A DNA stretch of 64,000 nucleotides from a bacterium (GCA_037129835.1 JBAXUE010000003.1:87275-151274); one strand, 5' to 3'; numbered from the stretch's first letter, positions 29,653 to 39,471 are shown. Notes: a model not told the origin generated them from the letters alone. Numbers and translations: made by a program.

Positions 29653-29955
29653 ATGGCCGCTAGCATAGAGATCGTTGATGGGCCAAGTAAGTATGGACTC
29701 ATCGAAAGTCTTACGGAAGGCGACAGCAGAAGTAGACACGAGGTCTACTTCAAGATTCTCGCCAAGGTACATGATGAGATCGTCGAAGACACTATCAGTG
29801 GCTGGGTTAACACACTCGGTCGTGAGGATGGTTCTTCATTCCTCTGGAACGTAAATCTCTACCTGCGAGAAGCGCCTGGGTTTATTGCAAAGCATGGAGG
29901 TTGTATTAAGTTCCAATACGATGCACGTAAGCGCAAAGGAATGGTACAACTCTAA
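29653..29955 (+). CDS. hypothetical protein in a higher-GC islet
   Basis: ATG at 29653 is 8 nt after an aaaggagg RBS. The ORF has ~47% GC against a ~38% background. Hairpins flank it upstream (29585-29608) and downstream (29979-30010). Confidence 0.45.
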   Translation: MAASIEIVDGPSKYGLIESLTEGDSRSRHEVYFKILAKVHDEIVEDTISGWVNTLGREDGSSFLWNVNLYLREAPGFIAKHGGCIKFQYDARKRKGMVQL

Positions 29956-29978
29956 GGCCGCGATCTGACCTGCCTCCG

Positions 29979-30010
29979 CCTTCTACCGCCTAATTCCAGG
30001 CGGTAGAAGG
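29979..30010 (+). terminator. terminator-like hairpin
   Basis: ccttctaccgcc-taattccag-gcggtagaagg is a 12-bp stem. Confidence 0.55.
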
Positions 30011-30076
30011 CATCTACATTGACTTTTCACGCGATATTTGATATAATTAATTTAATTTAAAAGCTCTCCAATAAAT

Positions 30077-30679
30077 ATGCAAGTGACGAAAAACCAAATT
30101 AACGATGCCAAAAGTCTAAACGAGTTAGAAAAACTTGTTGCTGTTTGTGAGCTATGTGAGTTATCAAAAACCAAAACAAACGATGTTTTTGGAGTTGGAA
30201 GGGATACAGCTGATATCTTATTTATTGGCGAAGCGCCTGGGAAAAGTGAGGATTTGCTGGGAGAACCTTTCGTAGGGGCTGCAGGTAAATTCTTAAATGA
30301 AATGCTTGAGAGTATTTGCCTCTCGAGAAAAGAAATATATATTGCAAACGTACTTAAACATCGTCCACCAAATAATAGGGACCCGCTACCCAAGGAAGCC
30401 GAGCTGTGCTGGCCCTTCTTGAGACGTCAAATAGAGCTTATTAACCCAAAGTTAATTATCTTTCTTGGGCGCCACTCGATGAATCGTTTTTTTCCAGAGT
30501 TTAAGATATCTGAAGTACATGGGAACGCATTTCGTAAAGAAATGTGGGGAAGAAATCAAGTCTTTTTGGCCTTATATCACCCTGCAGCAGCACTATATAA
30601 CGGTGGGATGCGCGATACCTTGAAAAATGATTTTTCAAAAATACCTAAAATAGTCGAAGGAATCGACGAAGAATATTAA
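30077..30679 (+). CDS. uracil-DNA glycosylase, family 4
   Basis: CELCELS...GEAPG..ED..G.PFVG.AG..L motif series typical of family-4 UDG. Confidence 0.85.
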   Translation: MQVTKNQINDAKSLNELEKLVAVCELCELSKTKTNDVFGVGRDTADILFIGEAPGKSEDLLGEPFVGAAGKFLNEMLESICLSRKEIYIANVLKHRPPNNRDPLPKEAELCWPFLRRQIELINPKLIIFLGRHSMNRFFPEFKISEVHGNAFRKEMWGRNQVFLALYHPAAALYNGGMRDTLKNDFSKIPKIVEGIDEEY

Positions 30680-30787
30680 TAAATAATTAAATTATTATTC
30701 GACTGAAATAGAGAAGTTCTCGACTTCGCTCGAATAAGACTCCTCTGTGTTAATACCATAGAAGGAAAAGAAGGAAAACCATAAAAT

Positions 30788-32596
30788 ATGGAAAAAGTAC
30801 TCCGTAAACCCGAGAGAAAACCTCGGAAACAACCACAGAATCATCAGTCAAATCCGATGTTTCGAAAAAACAATATTAAAACAAATTCTGATGTAAACCA
30901 GAATGGCTCACAAACAAAAGATATGAAAAACGGTCTTCTCAAGATAACTCCACTCGGAGGTCTGGGTGAAGTAGGTAAAAACCTAACCGTTTATGAATAT
31001 GAAAATGATATCATCATTGTCGATATGGGATTCAAATTTCCTGACAATGAGATGTTGGGTATCGATTACATCATTCCGGACATTGCCTATCTTGAAGACA
31101 AGAAAGACAAAATACGAGGTATCGTAATTACTCATGGACACGAAGATCATATTGGCGCAATACCCTATATCTGGCCTAAGCTCGGGGTGCCAATCTACGG
31201 AACAAAGCTAACCATTGGAATGATTGAATCAAAGTTATCAGAATATAGCTTTGACTATTCATCGGCTCTTAAGGTTATAGATCCAGAAAAAGATATCCTA
31301 AAGCTTGGTGGTTTTGAAGTAGAAGCCTTTCGTGTTACACACTCAATACCTGATGCGGTTGGCTATTCGATTAAAACACCACTTGGAAGAGTGATATACA
31401 CCGGAGATTTTAAAATTGATCATTCACCGATGGACGGTCGAAAGATTGATTGGAATAAGCTTTCGCATTTTGCCCAAGAAGGGGTCTTATTGTTACTTTC
31501 TGATAGCACAAACGCAGAACAACCAGGATTCTCTATGAGTGAAAAATCGCTAGAACAGAGTTTTGAAGATCTTTTTGACAAAGCTACTGGTCGTATTATC
31601 GTCGCCTCATTTGCTTCTCAAATAAATAGAATTCAGATGATTATCGATTCGGCTCGTGACCACGGGCGCAAGCTTGCTTTTTCTGGTCGATCGCTTCTCA
31701 AAAACGTCGAAATAGCAGTTCGGCTTGGATATCTGAAGGTCCCCGCTGGTATGGTAGTAAGAATTCAGGAAATCGGTAAATTTCCCGATAATATGGTAAC
31801 TATCATGAGTACAGGTTCTCAGGGTGAAGCGATGTCTGCACTTGCACGTATGGCACGTGGTGAGCATAAAAACATCAAGATTAAAAAAGGTGATACTGTA
31901 ATCTTTTCTAGCTCCCCTATTCCTGGAAATGAAAATTCAGTTACGTCTGTAATGGATGATCTTTTCCGAGAAGGTGCGAATGTTGTTTTCGATGCAGAAA
32001 GAAGCCGTACACATGTTACTGGACATCCTTGTCGCGAAGAAATCAAAATGATGCTTGCATTTCTAATGCCAAAATATTTTTCACCTTGGCACGGAGAGCG
32101 GCATATGCTTGTTAGACATGCAGAAGTAGCTAAGGAAGTAGGCGTGCCAGAACAAAATATCTTTATTTTAGACAATGGTAACCAAATACTGATTGATGAA
32201 AACGGGGCTCGTATGGGCGAACAAAAAGTTCAGAACGGCATCGTTCTTATCGACGGACTTGGGATAGGTGATGTAGGAGAGATAGTTCTTCGTGAAAGAA
32301 AAGCCATGTCTACAGAAGGGATTTTTGTTGTTATCTGCACGCTTGATCGTAAGACGGGCAGAATAATGACTAGCCCAGACATCATTTCTAGAGGATTTAT
32401 CTATATGCGTGAAAATGAAAAATTAGTAAGTAGTGCCAGGACTGAGATTAAACGAATTGTCGAGTCTGTACCAAAAGAAGATAGTAGTCAAAATCACCAG
32501 GTTCTGAAGGTAAAACTTCGAGAATCAATTGGAGATTTACTATATAACGAAACACAGCGAAGGCCGCTGGTTCTACCAGTTGTAATAGACATTTAG
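30788..32596 (+). CDS. rnj: ribonuclease J (beta-CASP metallo-beta-lactamase) with a basic ~50-aa N-terminal extension
   Basis: LGGLGEVGKN, HGHEDHIG (HxHxDH), the beta-CASP motifs and a C-terminal domain. Confidence 0.9.
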   Translation: MEKVLRKPERKPRKQPQNHQSNPMFRKNNIKTNSDVNQNGSQTKDMKNGLLKITPLGGLGEVGKNLTVYEYENDIIIVDMGFKFPDNEMLGIDYIIPDIAYLEDKKDKIRGIVITHGHEDHIGAIPYIWPKLGVPIYGTKLTIGMIESKLSEYSFDYSSALKVIDPEKDILKLGGFEVEAFRVTHSIPDAVGYSIKTPLGRVIYTGDFKIDHSPMDGRKIDWNKLSHFAQEGVLLLLSDSTNAEQPGFSMSEKSLEQSFEDLFDKATGRIIVASFASQINRIQMIIDSARDHGRKLAFSGRSLLKNVEIAVRLGYLKVPAGMVVRIQEIGKFPDNMVTIMSTGSQGEAMSALARMARGEHKNIKIKKGDTVIFSSSPIPGNENSVTSVMDDLFREGANVVFDAERSRTHVTGHPCREEIKMMLAFLMPKYFSPWHGERHMLVRHAEVAKEVGVPEQNIFILDNGNQILIDENGARMGEQKVQNGIVLIDGLGIGDVGEIVLRERKAMSTEGIFVVICTLDRKTGRIMTSPDIISRGFIYMRENEKLVSSARTEIKRIVESVPKEDSSQNHQVLKVKLRESIGDLLYNETQRRPLVLPVVIDI

Positions 32597-32601
32597 AGAA
32601 A

Positions 32602-32628
32602 AGAGCGGGAAACCGCTCTTTTTTTTAT
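32602..32628 (+). terminator. rho-independent terminator after rnj
   Basis: agagcggg-aaa-ccgctct followed by T9. Confidence 0.8.
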
Positions 32629-32999
32629 ATTCTTTTTTTGGTTCTGTCAGCAAAGAAAGAAAAATGTCTTATCGTTTTGTCATTCCAAACTAGATTTGGG
32701 ATCCATGTCTAAAATATTTTAATACTTTTGTCTATCGTCACAAAAGTATCCAAAAAGACTCTTTTTCTCGCGATCAGAAAGCAGATCCGCGGTCTCAAGT
32801 GCTTATGTTTAGGTATAATTAAATTATTTTTTAACGCTCCCACGAACTCGGGTATCGTGTGTCGCCCAAAATCGGCTATAATTTTGGCAGAACCTCGCTT
32901 GTGACAGCTAACTCTATTATTTGATAAGGGAATATTGAAATTTAAATATATTTTATATCTTATTGTCAGAAAGTCTGAACTTGTGAGATAATGACCCTG

Positions 33000-33470
33000 A
33001 CCGAACGGCCGTGAGACGACCTTGAGGAGGGGATTTCTACGACGCCTGGAAAAGGACGTTCTATGGGCCCAGGTGGAACCTGGGGCTGCTCCCGAAATTC
33101 GGGTGGACAAAGACGGGTGGACTGTCAAAGTCGCCGTCTGCCTCGGAGTAGTCTGGCTGGGTATAGTACCCACAAGCTTCAGGCTGGCACGTTGCCAACA
33201 GAAATCGTCAGGGAAAAGTACGATTTCTGAACCTGCTACCAAGAAAGAGGTGAATTGGGATGAAAGCCCAAACACACATAGGGCATCACTCCGATAAGCG
33301 AGGGCGAAAGCTCCTCTGACCTAGGAGGTGATAGGCTTCGGCCTATCTAGGCCTGCTAATAACAGGCTAGGAGACCTCGCTATGGCCTCTGATTCGGGCT
33401 AAACCCCGGCAAGTGAGTTACGGCTCAAACCCCCCGTCTGTTCCAGATATTTTGGGACACGGGGGGTTTC
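33000..33470. ncRNA. candidate structured non-coding RNA; ~470-nt GC-rich island of unknown identity and strand
   Basis: ~55% GC over 470 nt in a ~38% GC genome, between two + strand genes. Many stem-loops, e.g. a perfect 10-bp stem cagaaatcgt/acgatttctg at 33199-33229, and a terminal C7/G6 hairpin at 33429-33468. Only low-complexity ORFs overlap it. Partial resemblances to RNase P P4 (gaugaaagccc...auagggca) and to a tmRNA post-tag region (gcuaauaa + hairpin) are not convincing. Confidence 0.4.
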
Positions 33471-33496
33471 CAGTATATAGATGATATAATATACAA

Positions 33497-34024
33497 ATGA
33501 TAAAAAAATCTAGTGAATTGATAGGTAAGCCAGTAATACTACAGCGTGAAAAAGCTGTAGTAGGCCTTGTTAAGTCATTTGTAATAGACCCAGAAACGGG
33601 TGAATTGGTAGGCTTACTAGTGTTAGAGGGTTTTGGTAGCAGAAATCTCAAAAGTTTAGCTATTAAAGATGTCACCACAATAACAAAAGAATATTTTCTG
33701 ATAGGTAGCTATGAAAATCTGGGAGAGCTTGACGAAATTGTAAGAATAAAAAAAGTTTTGGATAAAAAAATAGGAATAAATAAATGTAATGTATATACAG
33801 TTAGCGGCAAGTTCCTCGGCCGCGTTAAAGACTTTAGTATTAATCTCACTTTTATGCGATTAGAAAAAATTTTTGTAGATTCTCTTTGGATAATAAGCAC
33901 AGCGAGGCACTATATAATATCTTTTAATCAAATAATAAGTATTGAACCTGGAAAAATAATTGTTGAAGATGCTACAGTGAGCAAAAAGAAAAGTGTTTTA
34001 GAAGAAGTCGCAGAAGCTTCATAA
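33497..34024 (+). CDS. PRC-barrel domain protein (two PRC-like repeats)
   Basis: Two repeats of the LIGKPV...G..LG.V.D..ID pattern seen in PRC-barrel proteins. Confidence 0.5.
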   Translation: MIKKSSELIGKPVILQREKAVVGLVKSFVIDPETGELVGLLVLEGFGSRNLKSLAIKDVTTITKEYFLIGSYENLGELDEIVRIKKVLDKKIGINKCNVYTVSGKFLGRVKDFSINLTFMRLEKIFVDSLWIISTARHYIISFNQIISIEPGKIIVEDATVSKKKSVLEEVAEAS

Positions 34025-34025
34025 C

Positions 34026-34054
34026 TTGACCAATTTACCTTAAATTGTTATAAT
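34026..34054 (+). promoter_or_regulatory. sigma-70-type promoter for the rpsF-ssb-rpsR operon
   Basis: TTGACC, a 17-nt spacer, then TATAAT. It is followed by a ~95-nt leader ending in aaaggag. Confidence 0.6.
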
Positions 34055-34153
34055 GTTTTTATTGATAAATAAATACGGATTTACTCTCCATATCGCCTTA
34101 GTGAAAAATCTAGGGCTCGCGAAAAAGCGATCCGTGAGAAAGGAGTTTTTTTA

Positions 34154-34723
34154 ATGCAAAAAAACTATGAATTACTCTACATCGTCCATCCGGACCTTGA
34201 GGGAAGTATTGATAAAGTGTCAGAAAAAGTTGCTAGCTTTGTAGCAAAAGCTGACGGAAAGATCACTAGCCAGGACGATTGGGGCAAGCGCAAGCTCGCA
34301 TACAAGATTGCCAAAAATGATTTCGGTATCTATTCTTTAGTATATTTTTCTGCAGAATCAGAAAAACTTTCTAATTTAGAGCGAGAGCTTATGCTTTCAG
34401 AAGAAATTATTCGTTCGATGGTCGTAGCGATACCTGTAATTAGTCCGGTAAAGGCCGCGAAAAAAGCTGCCAAAAAACCTAGAGTTAAGCCAGAAGACAG
34501 AGTAGATGCGCCTTCATCGATTATCGTAAACGCCGAAAAACCGAAGAAAGCTACTATCGAAAAAGCAGTGGAAAAAGAAGTCAAAGAGGTTAAGGGAACC
34601 ATTACTAAGGAAGATAAGCCAGCGAAAAAGGCCGCAGTAAAGAAAACTGCCAAAACCGAGGAAAAAGAAGAAAAAGCACGTCTTAAGAAGCTTGACGAAA
34701 AGCTAGATGAGCTGTTGAAATAA
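34154..34723 (+). CDS. rpsF: 30S ribosomal protein S6 with a long Lys/Ala/Glu-rich C-terminal tail
   Basis: YELLYIVHPDLEG...DWGKRKLAYKI. It is 189 aa against ~100-130 typical, because of the KAAKKAAKK tail. Confidence 0.9.
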   Translation: MQKNYELLYIVHPDLEGSIDKVSEKVASFVAKADGKITSQDDWGKRKLAYKIAKNDFGIYSLVYFSAESEKLSNLERELMLSEEIIRSMVVAIPVISPVKAAKKAAKKPRVKPEDRVDAPSSIIVNAEKPKKATIEKAVEKEVKEVKGTITKEDKPAKKAAVKKTAKTEEKEEKARLKKLDEKLDELLK

Positions 34724-34798
34724 ATTCAATATTATACTTCGAGCGAACTCGAGAAGTCCTCAATTCTGTTCGAAAGATATATATCTAAGGAGTACAAC

Positions 34799-35257
34799 AT
34801 GAAAAGCGTAAATATGGTTATCTTAATGGGAAATATGACACGAGAAGCAGAGCTTCGCTACACCCCAAATGGTAAAGCAGTTGCCAGCTTTGGTCTCGCC
34901 GTAAACAGAAGTTATACAGATGCATCTGGCGAAAAACATGATGAAGTAGATTTTTTTGACATTGTAGCTTGGGGTAAACTCGCCGAAATTATTAGCCAAT
35001 ATGGTAGTAAAGGTCAGGGCGTCCACGTGATGGGAAGATTGCAAAATCGTAGCTGGGAAGGCACCGATGGCGCAAAGAGAAATAAAACTGAGGTTATCGC
35101 AAACGATATTTCCCTTATCGGTGGTAAGGGTACCGGTTCAGGTGCTAGCGCGGCCAAAGAAACAGGGGTATCTTCTGGTGTCGATAAACCAGCACCAGAG
35201 ATAGCCACACAAGAGGTCGAAGAAGATACGATAAACATCGACGACATCCCGTTTTAA
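34799..35257 (+). CDS. ssb: single-stranded DNA-binding protein
   Basis: OB-fold MVILMGNMTREAELRYTPNGKAV.SFGLAVNR, a Gly/Ser-rich linker and the acidic C-terminal tip DDIPF. Confidence 0.9.
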   Translation: MKSVNMVILMGNMTREAELRYTPNGKAVASFGLAVNRSYTDASGEKHDEVDFFDIVAWGKLAEIISQYGSKGQGVHVMGRLQNRSWEGTDGAKRNKTEVIANDISLIGGKGTGSGASAAKETGVSSGVDKPAPEIATQEVEEDTINIDDIPF

Positions 35258-35306
35258 ACGGATATCAAATAGTTATTAACAAAGGTTAAATAAAAGGAAA
35301 TATATT

Positions 35307-35543
35307 ATGGCTTATCAAAAGCAAGAACCACAATTTTTCACAAAAAAAGTATGCCGCTTCTGTGAAGGTCAAGTAGACTTTATTGACTACAAAGACGTTA
35401 AATCTTTACAGAAATATACTTCTAGTATAGGTAAAATAGAAACCAAAAAAAGAACGGGATGTTGTCCTAAACATCAAAGAGCGTTATCTACAGCTATAAA
35501 AAGAGCTAGGATTATGGCTCTAATGCCGTTTTTAAATAGATAA
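35307..35543 (+). CDS. rpsR: 30S ribosomal protein S18
   Basis: CRFC...[19 protein letters not shown]...[17 protein letters not shown]. Confidence 0.9.
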   Translation: MAYQKQEPQFFTKKVCRFCEGQVDFIDYKDVKSLQKYTSSIGKIETKKRTGCCPKHQRALSTAIKRARIMALMPFLNR

Positions 35544-35623
35544 CAAGCAAAATATTCTTCGAGATTTCTGAGAAGTTCTAGATATAGTCCTCGACTTTAC
35601 TCGAACAATAATAGGAGAATGAT

Positions 35624-36184
35624 ATGTACGGAATAAATGACCTAAAAAATGGGGTAACCTTTGAGGTTGATTCACAACCCTTTGTGGTCCTTGATTATCA
35701 GCACTCGAAACAGGGACGTAGTGGTGCTGTGCTTCGAACAAAGCTCAGGAATCTATTGACTGGCGCTACTGTTAATAAAACTTTTTCAGGCAATGAGAAA
35801 TTTATGGAAGTACAGATAGAACGCAAAAAAGTACAATACCTGTATCTTGATAGTGGCAGATACTATTTTATGGACCAGAACGATTATACTCAGTTTGACC
35901 TTTCCGTGGAAGATCTTGGTATCAATGTTAACTATCTTAAAGATGGTGAAGTCGTTCAATTCCAATTCTACGGCGAGAAACCGATAAATCTTGACCTCCC
36001 AGTGAAGATGGATTTTGAAGTAACGGAAGCCAGTGAAGGACTAAAAGGAGACACTGCATCGGGTGCTACAAAAGCTGTCAAGATAGAGACCGGACTTTCG
36101 GTAAATGTACCTCTTTTTATTAAAAAGGGCGACAAAATTCGTATAAATACCACCGACGGTTCATATGTGGAGAGAGCAAAATAA
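35624..36184 (+). CDS. efp: elongation factor P
   Basis: GVTFEVD..PFVVLDYQHSKQGRSGAVLRTKLRNLLTG, the KOW-like domain with the conserved loop Lys, and two OB domains. Confidence 0.95.
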   Translation: MYGINDLKNGVTFEVDSQPFVVLDYQHSKQGRSGAVLRTKLRNLLTGATVNKTFSGNEKFMEVQIERKKVQYLYLDSGRYYFMDQNDYTQFDLSVEDLGINVNYLKDGEVVQFQFYGEKPINLDLPVKMDFEVTEASEGLKGDTASGATKAVKIETGLSVNVPLFIKKGDKIRINTTDGSYVERAK

Positions 36185-36206
36185 GGGCATCTTTGCTCCT
36201 ATATTT

Positions 36207-36929
36207 ATGAAAAATAGATTAGACCAATTACTCGTAGATAATGGACTCGCGGAAAGTAAAACAAAGGCCCAGGCTCTTATAATGGCTGGGCAGGTCTACG
36301 TTGATGGTTTGCGTTCTGACAAATCGGGTAGGCCAACATCTAATGAGGCAAAAATATGTGTTAAGGAACTCTTCCCATATGTTTCTCGGGGAGCTCTTAA
36401 GCTGGAAAAAGCTTATCAGGAATTTAGTTTGGACTTTAACGACAAAATTGTTTGCGATATCGGTTCATCGACCGGCGGATTTACCGATTTTGCACTCCAA
36501 AATGGTGCAAAAAAAGTATATGCCATTGACGTTGGCACTGGACAACTCGCTCAAAAAATTCGCGAGAACGTAAAAGCCGTAGTAATGGAAAAAACTGATT
36601 TTCGGAACATAGAACCTCTCGGAGACAGAATTGATATATTTGTCTGTGATGTTTCTTTTATTTCACTAAAAAATATTATTCCTAAAATCAAACTATTAGC
36701 AAATGAAAACAGCCAAATTGTCTTATTAATAAAGCCTCAGTTTGAGGCTGGCATCAAGGAAGTAAGCAAGGGCAAGGGTATAATAAGGGACGAAAATTTA
36801 AGGTGTGAAATAGTTGAAGATATTAAGCTCTTTTCAGAGAGCAATGGATTTAGAGTTTCCGGTCTAGTAGAATCACCCATTACGGGCGCTAAAGGTAACG
36901 TCGAGTATCTGCTTCATCTTGTGGTATAA
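36207..36929 (+). CDS. tlyA: TlyA-family rRNA 2'-O-methyltransferase (S4-like + FtsJ-like domains)
   Basis: N-terminal S4 RNA-binding domain (RLDQLLVDNGLAESKTKAQALIMAGQVYVDG) and the SAM motif DIGSSTGGFTD. The start overlaps the efp stop region. Confidence 0.85.
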   Translation: MKNRLDQLLVDNGLAESKTKAQALIMAGQVYVDGLRSDKSGRPTSNEAKICVKELFPYVSRGALKLEKAYQEFSLDFNDKIVCDIGSSTGGFTDFALQNGAKKVYAIDVGTGQLAQKIRENVKAVVMEKTDFRNIEPLGDRIDIFVCDVSFISLKNIIPKIKLLANENSQIVLLIKPQFEAGIKEVSKGKGIIRDENLRCEIVEDIKLFSESNGFRVSGLVESPITGAKGNVEYLLHLVV

Positions 36930-36936
36930 TCTCACC

Positions 36937-37635
36937 ATGCTTAAAGTAAAAAATCTTTCCATAACTTATAAAACCACTGGGCAAAAAGTTATTAATAGCC
37001 TCAATTTCAGTGTAGAAAAGGGTGAGGTGGTAGCAATCATGGGTCCTAGTGGCTGTGGTAAAACTACTTTATTGAAAGCTATAGCTGATCTTTTTGAAAG
37101 TAATGAAATATTTCAAAAAGGAGAGTTGGTTCTGAAAAAGGATGCGAACATACGAATCGTCTTTCAAGAGGCAAATCTTCTCCCATGGAGAAATGTTTTA
37201 AGAAATGTAACCTTTGGTCTAGAAACGCAAAATATTGAAGATGCTATTGCCATCCCTAGAGCCACTAACACACTAGGGTTAGTTGGGCTTTCTAAATATG
37301 AAAAATACTTTCCACATCAACTTTCTCTTGGGATGAAACAGCGGGTAAATTTTGCCAGAGCGATTACGTGTGAACCAGATATTTTACTTCTAGATGAACC
37401 CTTTTCAGCTCTTGATACGGTCATAAAAGAAGATATTATAAGAGAGTTTAAGAAAATAATTAAACAGAAACATATTACTACTATTTTTGTTACTCACAAT
37501 GAAGTTGAAGCAAAAATACTTTCCGATAAGATAATCACTCTTGGTGAAAACTTCACCGGAATCAGAGAAAATGACAACACGAAAGCAAGGACGATATTGG
37601 ACCCTTACGACAATTTATTGGAGCTAGAAGGATGA
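36937..37635 (+). CDS. ABC transporter ATP-binding protein (NitT/TauT-like)
   Basis: Walker A GPSGCGKTT, Q-loop, signature LSLGMKQRV, Walker B LLLDEPFSALD. Confidence 0.85.
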   Translation: MLKVKNLSITYKTTGQKVINSLNFSVEKGEVVAIMGPSGCGKTTLLKAIADLFESNEIFQKGELVLKKDANIRIVFQEANLLPWRNVLRNVTFGLETQNIEDAIAIPRATNTLGLVGLSKYEKYFPHQLSLGMKQRVNFARAITCEPDILLLDEPFSALDTVIKEDIIREFKKIIKQKHITTIFVTHNEVEAKILSDKIITLGENFTGIRENDNTKARTILDPYDNLLELEG

Positions 37636-38393
37636 AAGAGGTTGATAATAAAAAACGTTCATGGAATTATGGCTATTTCTCTGTAATTCTGTTCCTTCTT
37701 TTATGGGAATATGTAGCGTCCCAATCGATAATAGACCCGATATATATCGGTACACCTCATATTATTATGGTCAAGCTTTATCAGATGTTTTTGAAACCAG
37801 ATTTTTATGATAGCTTCAAGAATAGTGCCCAAGCATTTTTTATTGGGTATGTACTAGCCGTGGTGTTTGGTGCTGGCTTCGGGTTGCTACTCGGTACAAA
37901 GAAAAAACTATATCAGATAATGTCACCGTTCGTTTTTACAATTAACTCTCTACCATTTGTAGCTATTTTGCCACTTATTATAATTTGGTTTGGTGTTGGC
38001 TTGGTTGCTAAGAGCTTTGTTGTGTTTTTGATGGTAGTTTCGCCGGTGATAATTTATACCCTAGATAGTACAAAGACTCTCGATGAGGGGCTACTTCTTA
38101 TGTCAAAATCATTTAAAGCGAGTGAATGGATCAAGTTAAAGAGTATATATTTTTATCATAGCCTTCCTTACATATTTTCAGGAGCTAGAGTGGGTGTGGG
38201 GAGAGGGATTATTGCAATTGTAGTTTCGGAACTTTATGGTTTTGGTATGGGAATGGCCTACTACATTCAATATTACGGATCAACCTACCAAACGGATAAG
38301 TTGATGGCAAATATATTATTAATAGTTAGTTTTAATTTCGTGCTTATTTATCTTTTGAAAAAAATACAAAAAAAGGTTGTTTTTTGGAGATAA
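37632..38393 (+). CDS. ABC transporter permease (NitT/TauT-like)
   Basis: 6-TM protein translationally coupled to the ATPase gene (overlapping stop/start). Confidence 0.75.
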   Translation: MKEVDNKKRSWNYGYFSVILFLLLWEYVASQSIIDPIYIGTPHIIMVKLYQMFLKPDFYDSFKNSAQAFFIGYVLAVVFGAGFGLLLGTKKKLYQIMSPFVFTINSLPFVAILPLIIIWFGVGLVAKSFVVFLMVVSPVIIYTLDSTKTLDEGLLLMSKSFKASEWIKLKSIYFYHSLPYIFSGARVGVGRGIIAIVVSELYGFGMGMAYYIQYYGSTYQTDKLMANILLIVSFNFVLIYLLKKIQKKVVFWR

Positions 38394-38454
38394 TTTGGTA
38401 GAATTTTAATCTGCAAGTGGTAATTGTTAAAATAATGGTGGGTGGGAGAAAAAC

Positions 38455-39468
38455 ATGAAGTCAAACAAGACAATTTTGTTGGTTGCTGTAGCAGTGGTGC
38501 TATTAGTAGGTGGTTGGCTGTGGTATTCAAAGGTAGAGACAGACAAAGCTGAAAAGGCAGCTGCAGCGGTTAAGGCTGCTGAGCTAAAGGAGGCTAGTGT
38601 GCCGATTCAAACTGTAAAAGTAGCATTTCAGGCAGATGAGTTAATTACGGCTTCTCTTTTGGGCCTGGCAGAAGATAAGGGTATCTTTACAAAAAACCGT
38701 ATAGAGATCAAAAAAGTTACAAGCGCAAGCGCGATATCAACTTTACTAAAGTCTGGTGAAGCAGATGTTTCTATCACTTCGGCAGCTACTGTTTTGCTTG
38801 GTTACTTAAACAAGCAAGATACACAATGGATAGACAAAATAGCTGACTACCCTGCGCTATTTGGTTTTGTTGGTAAGGCTGGGGATATCTCTACTTTCAA
38901 AAATGCTGGAGTGTCCAAGCTTGGAACTTCACCGCAGATATATACCGAAGTAGTTGCTCCAAATCTTGGTATTAAAGGAAAGATTGATTTCGTAGTTGCA
39001 GCCAATGGGGCTCCCCAGCTAGCAATGATAGACCAAGGAAAACTAGATTTTATAGTATCAAATGTTTACAACGATACGTTACAAAAAATAATATCTGAAA
39101 AGAAATATCAGTCAAAAAGTTCAAAAGACACCTTTAAAAATAAGAAAGTACCAGTAGGCGTCTTTACAAATCAGAAGCAAATAGATACCAACTCAGATGC
39201 TCTTGCACGTTTTGTAAAATCAATAAACGAAGTAAGTGACTACGTTCTTACACATAAAAATGAATTTAAGGAAGAGATTAAGAAAGACGACAGCGTTAAT
39301 GATGCGTTAGCTCAGCAAATAGTTGACGCTTTTATCTCAGCTCGTTCCAAAACTAATAAACCTGTAGTGTCAGATTTAAATGACTTGATGCCAGTATTAA
39401 AAGGTTTAGAACCGGCAGAACCGGGGCGAGATCTGAACAAGTTCGTAAATACAAAATATGTGAAATAA
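38455..39468 (+). CDS. ABC transporter substrate-binding protein (NMT1/SsuA-like), membrane-anchored
   Basis: N-terminal signal-anchor helix, then a periplasmic-binding-protein-like two-lobe pattern. Completes the importer operon. Confidence 0.6.
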   Translation: MKSNKTILLVAVAVVLLVGGWLWYSKVETDKAEKAAAAVKAAELKEASVPIQTVKVAFQADELITASLLGLAEDKGIFTKNRIEIKKVTSASAISTLLKSGEADVSITSAATVLLGYLNKQDTQWIDKIADYPALFGFVGKAGDISTFKNAGVSKLGTSPQIYTEVVAPNLGIKGKIDFVVAANGAPQLAMIDQGKLDFIVSNVYNDTLQKIISEKKYQSKSSKDTFKNKKVPVGVFTNQKQIDTNSDALARFVKSINEVSDYVLTHKNEFKEEIKKDDSVNDALAQQIVDAFISARSKTNKPVVSDLNDLMPVLKGLEPAEPGRDLNKFVNTKYVK

Positions 39469-39471
39469 GCA

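Noticed and set aside
32709-33297. ORFs 32709-33275(-) and 33022-33297(+) over the GC-rich island
   Set aside because: They are low-complexity, Arg/Pro/Ser-rich translations with no RBS, typical of spurious ORFs across GC-rich structured RNA. I treat the region as non-coding.
33000-33470. Naming the GC-rich island as RNase P RNA or tmRNA
   Set aside because: Only partial motif matches. The P4-like GAAAGCCC...AUAGGGCA lacks the conserved bulged U and has no 3' ACAGAA-CCGGCUUA partner inside the island. The GCUAAUAA stop-like site has no upstream in-frame tag peptide, and there is no 3' tRNA-like CCA arm. I left it as an unassigned ncRNA candidate.
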